This document shows positions 8,851 through 17,387 of a DNA stretch of 64,000 nt, piece after piece. The translations under genes were made by a program, and so were the position numbers. The DNA is from an uncultured delta proteobacterium (lineage in GTDB: Bacteria; Desulfobacterota; Desulfuromonadia; Geobacterales; Pseudopelobacteraceae). The stretch is taken from positions 224,001-288,000 of the forward strand of contig CAVYYZ010000011.1 of assembly GCA_963772835.1 (NCBI GenBank). Direction: 5' to 3'. The notes below the pieces were generated by a model. That model ran no database searches. It was not told the DNA's origin and was given only the letters and a program-made list of their open reading frames with translations. Each line of letters starts with the position of its first letter. The stretch's first letter is position 1.

Positions 8851-9582
8851 GTGATCAGTCATGAAGTAACGTATATCGGGGCTTTTATTGCCGGACTGTT
8901 GTCTTTTCTCTCTCCGTGTGTACTGCCGCTGATACCTTCCTATATTACGTATATCACCGGGATCTCGTTTGCTGACCTGCAGGCTGAGCACCCTACACAC
9001 ATCATCCGCCAGAAATCCATTCTCCACTCGCTCAGCTTCATACTAGGTTTCACTGCTGTTTTCGTTCTGCTTGGGGCTTCTGCAACTTATCTGGGATCGT
9101 TCCTTCACGAGAATGCCACAATCATCAGAAAAATAGGTGGTGTACTGCTGGTGATGCTTGGAGTTCATGTCACCGGAATCCTGCATCTTAATTTTCTCCT
9201 GGGAGAAAAACGGGTATCCATAAAACATAAACCTGCCGGATACGTTGGAAGTTTTCTTGTCGGCATCGCATTTGCTGCCGGATGGACTCCCTGCATTGGA
9301 CCGATACTTGCCGCAATACTTGCTGTGGCGGCAACCGAAGAAAGTGTGTATCAGGGCATTCTGCTGCTGCTGCTCTATTCAATGGGATTGGGAGTGCCGT
9401 TTTTTCTTTCGGCATTTGCCATGCACCGTTTTCTGGTTGTTTTCAACCGATTCAAAAAATATATCCATGTTTTTGAAATAATTACTGGGGTTTTCTTGAT
9501 GGTAATCGGAGTGCTGATCTATACCAACTTGCTTTCACGCCTTTCCGGTTATGTTTCTATTTTTTACAAGGGGTTTGAGTGA
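8851..9582 (+). CDS. ccdA: Cytochrome c biogenesis protein CcdA
   Basis: SFLSPCVLPLIP and GWTPCIGPIL motifs, about 6 TM helices. Confidence 0.92.
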   Translation: MISHEVTYIGAFIAGLLSFLSPCVLPLIPSYITYITGISFADLQAEHPTHIIRQKSILHSLSFILGFTAVFVLLGASATYLGSFLHENATIIRKIGGVLLVMLGVHVTGILHLNFLLGEKRVSIKHKPAGYVGSFLVGIAFAAGWTPCIGPILAAILAVAATEESVYQGILLLLLYSMGLGVPFFLSAFAMHRFLVVFNRFKKYIHVFEIITGVFLMVIGVLIYTNLLSRLSGYVSIFYKGFE

Positions 9583-10010
9583 AGGCACATCGCTCCCCGC
9601 ATTCAATCCAGTTGACCGTTTCGCAACTTGTCGTGACCGAGGCCTTTTACAGCGGTATCCTTGAGTTGCCGGTGCGGAGGTCGTTCACGTCTAAAGGTGC
9701 TCCGGATCATCTTGTTATTGACATGGACGGCATGGCCATTGTTTTCGTGGAGGAGGCTGATGTCATCAAAGCCCATCCGGTGCTTGAACCGCGCTTCAGC
9801 ATGTTTCCTCGAGGGATAGGTGTTACACTCCATTTTGAAGTTACTGAGATAGAGGATATCCGTGACGCAATTATGGAAGAGGGGCTTGAGGTTCTGTACC
9901 CGCTTGATATCAAGCCATATGGTGTCAAAGAGATGTGGTGCTTTGATCCGGACGGTTACCTGATCGTTCTAGATGAAATCCTTCCGCAGCAAAAAAAGGT
10001 TGGGCAGTAG
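9579..10010 (+). CDS. VOC/glyoxalase superfamily protein
   Basis: FYSGILEL, LHFEV, PYGVKEMWCFDPDGYLI. GTGA overlap with the ccdA stop. Confidence 0.85.
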   Translation: MKAHRSPHSIQLTVSQLVVTEAFYSGILELPVRRSFTSKGAPDHLVIDMDGMAIVFVEEADVIKAHPVLEPRFSMFPRGIGVTLHFEVTEIEDIRDAIMEEGLEVLYPLDIKPYGVKEMWCFDPDGYLIVLDEILPQQKKVGQ

Positions 10011-10160
10011 CCCGGCCTTTTATTTTATGGCAACGTGTGAGTAGCTGTTCATTCAGCAGTAGCAGGGCAAAAAAGAGTTGAGAACACTTTTTATTCGGAT
10101 TGTATGCGCCGTTTGTTGATAGATGACATATATCGTTTTAATCAATAAGAGTGGAAATCC

Positions 10161-11054
10161 ATGACGTTAAAACAATTAGAAGTTTTTGTCGCGATTGCCC
10201 GGACGGGAAGTTTCTCAAAAGGTGCCGAAAAAACCGGTATAACCCAGTCAACTGCAAGCCAGCATATTCTGGGTTTGGAGAAAGAACTGGGCATTCGACT
10301 CTTTGATAGAGGCAGAGAAGGTGCTTTGTTGACGGAAGCCGGCAAACTATTCTTTACCCGTGCAGGAAGGATTCTTTCCGATTGTGACGGTTCCCGTGCA
10401 GCCATCCGCCGTTTTCTCGATATGGAGGATGTTACGCTGAAAATCGCGGCCAGTGACGTTCCAGGCTCATGGATGATACCGGAAGTGCTTGGAACTTTTC
10501 ATAAAGAGCATCCTAAAGTACGGCTGGAAGTGCGTCAGAGCAATAGTCGTTCGATACTTCGTGATCTTGCTGCCGAGGAGGTTGAACTTTGCTTTGTCGG
10601 AGGTCGTTTTGAGGACGAGCGTATATTATTCGAGTCGATGGGTGAGGAACCTCTTGTTTGTGCCGTATCTCCTGATCTGAACCCGGGGCGAAAAGAAAGT
10701 CTGAGTCAGGTTCAGTTCTGCAAAGTTCCTCTCATTGCCTGGGAGGACGGTTCAGGTACGCAAAAATCGGTACAGGAAGCTTTGGCTGGTACGTGGATCA
10801 ACAAAGATTCACTCACAATAATAGCCCGATTTGGAAGCAGTGAAGCCATCAGACGAGCGCTTCTGAATTGTGCCGGGTATGCATTCATTTCCGAGCGTGC
10901 GATTACTGATGAGTTGGAAAACGGGCAGTTAATGGCGATCAGAATCCCTGCGGTACAAATCACCCGAAAATTTTATGCCGCCCGCCGTGATGAACGGGTG
11001 CTTTCACCGGCGGCTGCAGCTTTTTTGGAGATTATGCACAGCAGGTGGGGATGA
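10161..11054 (+). CDS. LysR-family transcriptional regulator (CysL-like)
   Basis: MTLKQLEVFVAIARTGSFSKGAE HTH, LEKELGIRLFDR, EDGSGT, GSSEAIRRA. Confidence 0.9.
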   Translation: MTLKQLEVFVAIARTGSFSKGAEKTGITQSTASQHILGLEKELGIRLFDRGREGALLTEAGKLFFTRAGRILSDCDGSRAAIRRFLDMEDVTLKIAASDVPGSWMIPEVLGTFHKEHPKVRLEVRQSNSRSILRDLAAEEVELCFVGGRFEDERILFESMGEEPLVCAVSPDLNPGRKESLSQVQFCKVPLIAWEDGSGTQKSVQEALAGTWINKDSLTIIARFGSSEAIRRALLNCAGYAFISERAITDELENGQLMAIRIPAVQITRKFYAARRDERVLSPAAAAFLEIMHSRWG

Positions 11055-11124
11055 GTTGTTTCGGGATGATGCATGTGAATGATAGTCACCGGGGAAGGCG
11101 CGATTCTGATAGTGAGGGCAGGCT

Positions 11125-11394
11125 GTGAGTGAAATTATTTTTTTAGTGCTGATTTTTGGACTTCCTGCCGCAATCGGGTTCAAGCTGGCACTTTCCCGTG
11201 GGAAGAATCCTTTGATCTGGGGGATGTTATCCGGGATATTTCCTTTTTTTCTGGTTGTCCTGCATTTCCACAGACCGACTCATGAAATACGCGGGCATTT
11301 CCGGAAGTGTGGTCATTGCGGTATGACTTTCCCCTGGAATGATAGGGTGTGCAGATACTGCGGGAGCGCAATTTCCGATTCCGAAACTATTTGA
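11125..11394 (+). CDS. Small membrane protein with C-terminal zinc ribbon
   Basis: Two hydrophobic helices followed by CGHC...CRYC. Confidence 0.7.
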   Translation: MSEIIFLVLIFGLPAAIGFKLALSRGKNPLIWGMLSGIFPFFLVVLHFHRPTHEIRGHFRKCGHCGMTFPWNDRVCRYCGSAISDSETI

Positions 11395-13687
11395 TACAGA
11401 CTTTACGAACCTCCTTCAAGTCGGTCAAGCCCTGGAAGCATTTAAGAATTCCGTCCTGCTTCAGTGTTGTCATTCCATCCTCAATAGCCTGTTTTCTGAT
11501 GTGCTCAATTTCAGATTTCCGTTTTACCAGCGCTTTTATCGCATCAGTTCCTTCAAGCAATTCATGAAGTCCTAATCTTCCCTTGTAACCGGTATCACCG
11601 CATTTCTGACAGCCGACCGCCTTAAAAAGCCGTATGTCAGAAGGGATAATTCCTGTCTTTGCAAAATGTTCTACCCCATACTCAATAACTATATCTTCCA
11701 GTTCCTTTTGCGATGGAACATATTCCTCTTTACAGGAGCAGAGTCGGCGCGCCAGACGCTGTGCCAATATGCAAAGGATTGCATCAGAAAAACTGAACGG
11801 ATCGAGTTCCATATCAAGCAGTCGGGTAATTGTTTCCGGTGCTGAGTTGGTGTGAAGGGTTGAGAAAACCAGATGACCGGTCAGAGAACACTCTATTCCA
11901 ATTTCTGCCGTTTCCTGATCGCGCATCTCTCCGACCATAATGACATCAGGGTCAGCGCGTAAAAACGAACGAAGGGCCGCGGCAAAGGTGAAGCCGATTT
12001 TGGGGTGAACCTGAACCTGGCGCAGGCCGCGCTGGGTTATCTCTACCGGGTCTTCGGCGGTCCAGATTTTTGTATCGACAGTATTGATTACCGAGATAGC
12101 CGAATGAAGTGTGGTAGTCTTGCCCGAACCGGTTGGCCCGACAACCAGTACCAGCCCGTACGGTTGCTTGACACAAGCATCCAGCACGCGCGAGTTACGT
12201 TCTGTCAGGCCGAGTTTGTCGTACGGGATCGGTTCACCTGATGCAAGCACACGCATGACGACATCTTCAAGCTGACCGGCCGTCGGGACTGTCGCAACGC
12301 GCAGTTCAACATTGAGCGGGCCGAACTTTTTAAAGTCAATCTTGCCGTCTTGCGGTTTACGTCGTTCAGAAATATCCAGATTACACATAATCTTAATGCG
12401 CGATGGAATAGCGTATTTGTATTTATAGGGGATTTTCTGGTAGACTTTGCACCGTCCGTCGACCCTCATCCTTACCTGAATATCTTCTTTCCCGGGAAAC
12501 GGTTCGATATGGATATCAGAAACTTTGTTGTTGACAGCATCGATGATAATCTTGTTGACCAACTGGACGATAACGCTGTCCTGTTCTGAAACTCTTTGAG
12601 ATTCAGAATCAATTTCAGGATCATCACTGGAGTCGAGCCTGTTTAGAATTTCATCAATACTGCTATTTGAAGAAGTTGAAGCACCATGATAGTAAAACAG
12701 GTTGATATAGCTCAGGATATCTTCACGGAAGGCACCGATAAAGCTGATGCGTTTGTACTCAGGATAGACGAACTTTAGCATATCCTGTCGCCCGAGATCG
12801 GTCGGGTCATCAATGATTATATGCAGAATGCCATTCTCTATCTTGAACGGAACCCACCACTCCTTAGTAAGTCGTTCCGGTTTAACCCGTTTGAGTAAAT
12901 CATCGTCAAGTGCCGGTGCCGTCGGGTCGTAACCAATAAATTCGGTTCCAAAAAAGAAGGAAAGATTCTTCGCCATATCCTCTCTGCTGATCCCGAAGTC
13001 ACGTATCAGGACAGCGTCCATGCCTGCCTTTGCAACGTCAGGATGAGAAGAAGCTTTTTCAAGCAATTTATCGTCAACCAGATTCTTGTCCAACAGGTAA
13101 TTGTAGCGTGCTTTGTGACGGATGACTTTTGTGGTGACCGAAAGGCGGTAGATGTTGTGGATGGCGATTGAGAGCGAAGTTGCCAGTTCCATGGCGTAGC
13201 TGATGTCGGTATTGTCGTAAGGAGTATCCGCTTTTTTGTTGATAATCTGGATGACGCCGATTAATGTTTTCTGAAACTTCATCGGTACACAGAGCACTTG
13301 TTTGGTGACATAACCGGTTTTTTTGTCCCAACTGTCGTCGAACTTTAGATTGCTGCCGATCATTTTCAATTCATGCTGATCATACGCATTCTTAATGTTG
13401 ATAATGGCCCCGCTTATTGCGCAGTACCCGGCAAGGCTCGCATCGCTGATCGGCACCACAATCTGCTGAACTTCAATCCCGCTCTTTACTTTTGAAATCA
13501 GCAGATTTCGTTTGGCATCCGCCAGGTAGATCGTTATACGTTCGGCGCTAAAGAGGCCTGCAATACTGTCCTTAATAGTTATGAGGATGGTGTTGAGATT
13601 GTCGGCGGAGTGGATTTCATTGATCTTATCCATCAGTCGTTTACGATACTCAAGCTGCTGTCGTAATGCGTCTGTTTCCTGAGGCAT
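11387..13687 (-). CDS. GspE/PilB-family secretion ATPase with N-terminal GAF domain
   Basis: GAF (FDDSWDKKTGYVTKQVLCVPM...IGVIQIINK), SDIHIEP, GPTGSGKT Walker A, EDPVE, LRADPDVIMVGEMRD, TGHLVFSTLHTN, Zn cysteines. Confidence 0.92.
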   Translation of the reverse strand: MPQETDALRQQLEYRKRLMDKINEIHSADNLNTILITIKDSIAGLFSAERITIYLADAKRNLLISKVKSGIEVQQIVVPISDASLAGYCAISGAIINIKNAYDQHELKMIGSNLKFDDSWDKKTGYVTKQVLCVPMKFQKTLIGVIQIINKKADTPYDNTDISYAMELATSLSIAIHNIYRLSVTTKVIRHKARYNYLLDKNLVDDKLLEKASSHPDVAKAGMDAVLIRDFGISREDMAKNLSFFFGTEFIGYDPTAPALDDDLLKRVKPERLTKEWWVPFKIENGILHIIIDDPTDLGRQDMLKFVYPEYKRISFIGAFREDILSYINLFYYHGASTSSNSSIDEILNRLDSSDDPEIDSESQRVSEQDSVIVQLVNKIIIDAVNNKVSDIHIEPFPGKEDIQVRMRVDGRCKVYQKIPYKYKYAIPSRIKIMCNLDISERRKPQDGKIDFKKFGPLNVELRVATVPTAGQLEDVVMRVLASGEPIPYDKLGLTERNSRVLDACVKQPYGLVLVVGPTGSGKTTTLHSAISVINTVDTKIWTAEDPVEITQRGLRQVQVHPKIGFTFAAALRSFLRADPDVIMVGEMRDQETAEIGIECSLTGHLVFSTLHTNSAPETITRLLDMELDPFSFSDAILCILAQRLARRLCSCKEEYVPSQKELEDIVIEYGVEHFAKTGIIPSDIRLFKAVGCQKCGDTGYKGRLGLHELLEGTDAIKALVKRKSEIEHIRKQAIEDGMTTLKQDGILKCFQGLTDLKEVRKVCIK

Positions 13688-13979
13688 GGCATCATCCTGT
13701 TTTCGTAAGATAGAAGATGTTCCTGTTAGAAGATCTTCTTTAACGCACGTATCCTGTTTGTCAGGTTCAGGGAATCGAATTTACGCTAGAGTAGCAGATT
13801 TGTAGCATATCTCAAGCGTTATTCAATATACTTCAGCCCGTAGCACAAGAGATTCTTCAACGCTTCAGTGGTTTATTTAACGTCCGTAACTTCAATTTGA
13901 GATGACATTGTCCGGAAGGAAATGGTACAGAGTACCTTGTCTCACCTATGCACGTACAAATGGTTCACATGGGGGTTTT

Positions 13980-14738
13980 ATGAAATTACGGGTATTGGGA
14001 AGTGCCGGGGCAGAGCTGCCTGACTTCAGGCCCCCGGCTTTTTTACTTGATGATCAACTTCTCCTCGATGCCGGTACGATCGGTTCGGTGCTCAGTGAGG
14101 AGGAACAATGGAAAATTCATACTATTTATATCACCCATTCCCATCTTGATCACATCCGGAGTATTCCCGCTCTGGCTGACAATATAATCATCAAAAATCA
14201 GCTGCATACGGTTTCGATCAGGAGTACCGTTGATGTCATTGAAGCGCTGCAAAATCATCTGTTTAATAATATCATCTGGCCCGATTTCACCCAAATTCCC
14301 TCTGCAGAGAATCCTGTCATAAAGCTTTCGGCCATCGCTCCGTACCAGGAGAATATCGTAAACGGATATTCTATTACGCCTATTCCGGTAAACCACACAG
14401 TTCCAACCGTTGGATATCGGGTAAAATCCGCCGGAAAAACGCTTGTTTATACCGGAGATACCGGGCCGACTGAGGAAATATGGAAGTACTGCTCCGGTGC
14501 TGATGTATTGATTGTTGAGGTTTCTTTTCCTGACTCCATGAAGGAACTGGCGCAGTTGACAAAACATTTAACCGCATCGATGCTGGTAGAAGAGCTTGCG
14601 AAAATAGACGTATTGCCCAATAGAATTCTTATAACTCATCCCAAACCACAGTATTACGATCTTATTCACAAGGAGGTAGCGGCGTTGGCGATTGCCGGCG
14701 CCGAACTTCTGCGCGACGGTTCCGTGTATGACATCTGA
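13980..14738 (+). CDS. Class II 3',5'-cyclic-nucleotide phosphodiesterase (MBL fold)
   Basis: LLDAGT, THSHLDH, HLFNNIIWPDF, HTVPTVGY, YTGDTGPT, IVEVSFP, HLT. Start at ATG 13980. Confidence 0.85.
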   Translation: MKLRVLGSAGAELPDFRPPAFLLDDQLLLDAGTIGSVLSEEEQWKIHTIYITHSHLDHIRSIPALADNIIIKNQLHTVSIRSTVDVIEALQNHLFNNIIWPDFTQIPSAENPVIKLSAIAPYQENIVNGYSITPIPVNHTVPTVGYRVKSAGKTLVYTGDTGPTEEIWKYCSGADVLIVEVSFPDSMKELAQLTKHLTASMLVEELAKIDVLPNRILITHPKPQYYDLIHKEVAALAIAGAELLRDGSVYDI

Positions 14739-14873
14739 AAAAATAGTAAATAAGATCCATTTAATCTGTCCTTTTCATTCATTATCTGTAATTTTATTTA
14801 ATCTTGCTTAAACAGATACTTTTCAGTATGTTCTACGCAGTGACACTCTCATTTTATTCAGTCCGGAGGAAGC

Positions 14874-15818
14874 ATGGCCAGTGTAGCAGGCAAGACAAAA
14901 TTTCAGATTGATTTCCGTCAGCATTTGCGTGACCAGAATATTAGCGGCAATCTTGTACATCTTCTCTGCGAAATTGCCGAGGCAAGCAAATATGTGATCA
15001 ACGCAGTTCGAACCGGAGATCTTGGTGTTGCCGGTACATCCAATCTGTACGGTGAAGAACAGCTGGCTCTTGATGTCCTTTCCGATCGCATTATGCGAAA
15101 GCGATTACAGCACTCAGGAGTGGTGTGCAACATTGCATCAGAGGAAATGGAGGAAATTTTTCAGGTTACCAGCAATCCCCAGGGTATGTTTTCAGTCGCT
15201 TACGACCCGCTAGACGGCTCTTCGCTGGTTGACGTCAATCTTGCTGTCGGCACAATCGTCGGCATATATCGGGGGGATGATCTGCTTCAGCCTGGTCGAA
15301 AGATGGTGGGTGCCATTTATATTCTGTACGGACCTCGCGTCTCTTTGGTTTATTCCGTTGGTAAAGGTGTATTTGAATTCACGATGAATCAGTTAATGGA
15401 ATATACTCTCACCCGTGAAAATATTCAGATGAAGCCGTCAGGCGACATTTATTCCCCCGGTGGTCTCCGCAAAAAATACAGTGAAGGTAATGAGAGATTT
15501 ATCCGCTATCTGGAAGAAAAAGGAGCCAAACTGCGGTATTCTGGTGGATTTGTCCCGGATTTCAATCAGATTCTGATGAAAGGGAAGGGGATATTCATGT
15601 ACCCGGCACTTAGTGATAACCCAAATGGCAAACTGCGCTTATTGTTTGAATTAAACCCTATGGCGTTCTTGATCGAGCAGGCAGGTGGAGCCGCAACAAA
15701 TGGTGATATTCCGATTCTTGATATCGTACCTGAAGGCCTTGATCAACGGTGCCCCGTATATATCGGCTGCAGGGAGGATGTTGCCAAAGCCGCTGATTTT
15801 TTGAACGGTATCTGTTGA
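14874..15818 (+). CDS. fbp: Fructose-1,6-bisphosphatase class 1
   Basis: GEEQLALDV, ASEE, DPLDGSS, RYSGGFVPD, GKLRLLFELNPMAF. Confidence 0.95.
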   Translation: MASVAGKTKFQIDFRQHLRDQNISGNLVHLLCEIAEASKYVINAVRTGDLGVAGTSNLYGEEQLALDVLSDRIMRKRLQHSGVVCNIASEEMEEIFQVTSNPQGMFSVAYDPLDGSSLVDVNLAVGTIVGIYRGDDLLQPGRKMVGAIYILYGPRVSLVYSVGKGVFEFTMNQLMEYTLTRENIQMKPSGDIYSPGGLRKKYSEGNERFIRYLEEKGAKLRYSGGFVPDFNQILMKGKGIFMYPALSDNPNGKLRLLFELNPMAFLIEQAGGAATNGDIPILDIVPEGLDQRCPVYIGCREDVAKAADFLNGIC

Positions 15819-15831
15819 CCGGGACGGAGAC

Positions 15832-16131
15832 ATGTCTGATTCTGAGCTAAATCCTGATATGTTGCCTCAGCGCTTTTGCAGTGAAATTCAACTTTTCGAT
15901 CTGTGTGACTTGGATTCGTGTCATCACAAGAGTGGTCGCTTCTGTACTGACCTTTATTTGCTGAGTCGATTTGAAAAGACTGCAGAACAAGAACTTCGGG
16001 CTCCTGATCGATATGTTTTTGACGATATTGATGAATCAGAAGGTGATGATAGTGACGGATATGATGATGAATCGTGCACAATGGATAATTCTGAATGCGA
16101 AGTAAGTGACGAATGGGAAGATGAAGAGTAG
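15832..16131 (+). CDS. Hypothetical protein, Cys-rich N-terminus and acidic tail
   Basis: GGAGA RBS. Four Cys in FCSEIQLFDLCDLDSCHHKSGRFC, then a D/E-rich C-terminus. Confidence 0.7.
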   Translation: MSDSELNPDMLPQRFCSEIQLFDLCDLDSCHHKSGRFCTDLYLLSRFEKTAEQELRAPDRYVFDDIDESEGDDSDGYDDESCTMDNSECEVSDEWEDEE

Positions 16132-16153
16132 TTAAAAATTATTGACCGCCTGT

Positions 16154-16185
16154 AACGGGGTTCGGATCCGTCTGATCCCCGTTTT
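16154..16185 (+). terminator. Rho-independent terminator
   Basis: AACGGGG...CCCCGTTTT hairpin after the stop codon. Confidence 0.6.
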
Positions 16186-16229
16186 CAATTCAAAGATGCA
16201 GATTACTTTCAACCGTTTCAGGGGGGGGT

Positions 16230-17387
16230 ATGCTCCGTAATGCACTTGTAATAATCACGTTCCTGTCAATATTTCAAACAATTTCATGGGGAGCAGAAAA
16301 AGCACCTGTCTTTACGCAAAAAGATTTCGCGAAGATGATACTTCAGACCTTTTCCTGGACGTCCGGTCTTCCCAGCGAACCTGCTGATCGTGACTATCTC
16401 TTGATTCTTGGTGGCAAACGCACGTTTCGGTATGAGGCCGAAAATGCCTACAATGAACAGACGGATCGAGTAACCATGAGGGATTTCCCCCTGTTCGGGG
16501 CATTTACCGGAAAAGGATGGATATTGGGGGTTTCTGATTCAACAAGCACCAACTTTACCATTTTACTGCCTGCTGCCGGTGAATATGAGCTTAAGGGTGT
16601 TTTGAAAGGAAATGGTTTTATCTGGGCAATTGATGATAAAGAGTATCGTGCGGATTCAAATTCGGTGAATTTCCGCGATACGGCCATTGCAAAGGTTTCG
16701 TTACCTGCGGGTATTGTAACTATCAAGGTTACGATTCCTCCTGAGGGAGCCGTAGATTCTTTTTCATTGACGGCATCAGACCATACACCGATACAGCCTT
16801 TTTCCGGTTGGAGATTCAGAGAACCGCTAACCGCTGTGCGGGCGGCAGAAACTCTGGTTGCCCTGACAAACCGGTATGACCGATTGCCTGATTCTGCAAA
16901 AGATGCACCACCCAAAACAATTGCGGTTTTCGAAAAAATTGCCCTTCCACCGGAAGCCGTTACAACAAAAGTCTCTTATCTGGGTCCATTTAGTTCTGCT
17001 GAGTGGGTCCGGGCCGACTACCGTGGGGTGACTCTCAAAATTCCGCTTGTGGTTGCTGCCGCAGGGTATTATGGCCTTACCGTTAATGTCATGGGAGAAA
17101 CAATTACCGGGAATATAAACGATACATCGTTCAGGCTGCCTGCAAAACCTTATCTGAGTAAAGTAAATCTTGGAATCTACCGTCTTGAATCCGGAGATAA
17201 TACTCTTTCGATCTCTCTTCCTCCGACTGGTGGAATCGACACCATCGAATTCAACAAAAAAAGCACTCTGCCGGATGATTTTTTGCGACTGGCCGGAGTT
17301 ACAGGACCTGCGGACCGCTTAATCGGGGCGAAAGAAGCTGCCGCCTTGCTGAAAAAAATTCAGGATTACGTGTCAGTCCGAAAATAA
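16230..17387 (+). CDS. Secreted/periplasmic protein with two repeated CBM-like beta-sandwich domains
   Basis: Signal peptide, RYEAENA motif, internal duplication (AAGEYEL...PPEGAVDSF vs AAGYYGL...PPTGGIDTI). Confidence 0.65.
   Translation: MLRNALVIITFLSIFQTISWGAEKAPVFTQKDFAKMILQTFSWTSGLPSEPADRDYLLILGGKRTFRYEAENAYNEQTDRVTMRDFPLFGAFTGKGWILGVSDSTSTNFTILLPAAGEYELKGVLKGNGFIWAIDDKEYRADSNSVNFRDTAIAKVSLPAGIVTIKVTIPPEGAVDSFSLTASDHTPIQPFSGWRFREPLTAVRAAETLVALTNRYDRLPDSAKDAPPKTIAVFEKIALPPEAVTTKVSYLGPFSSAEWVRADYRGVTLKIPLVVAAAGYYGLTVNVMGETITGNINDTSFRLPAKPYLSKVNLGIYRLESGDNTLSISLPPTGGIDTIEFNKKSTLPDDFLRLAGVTGPADRLIGAKEAAALLKKIQDYVSVRK

Noticed and set aside
16221..16228. G8 tract as a phase-variation switch
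   Set aside because: It lies outside the coding frame in the RBS region, is short, and there is no evidence of length variation.
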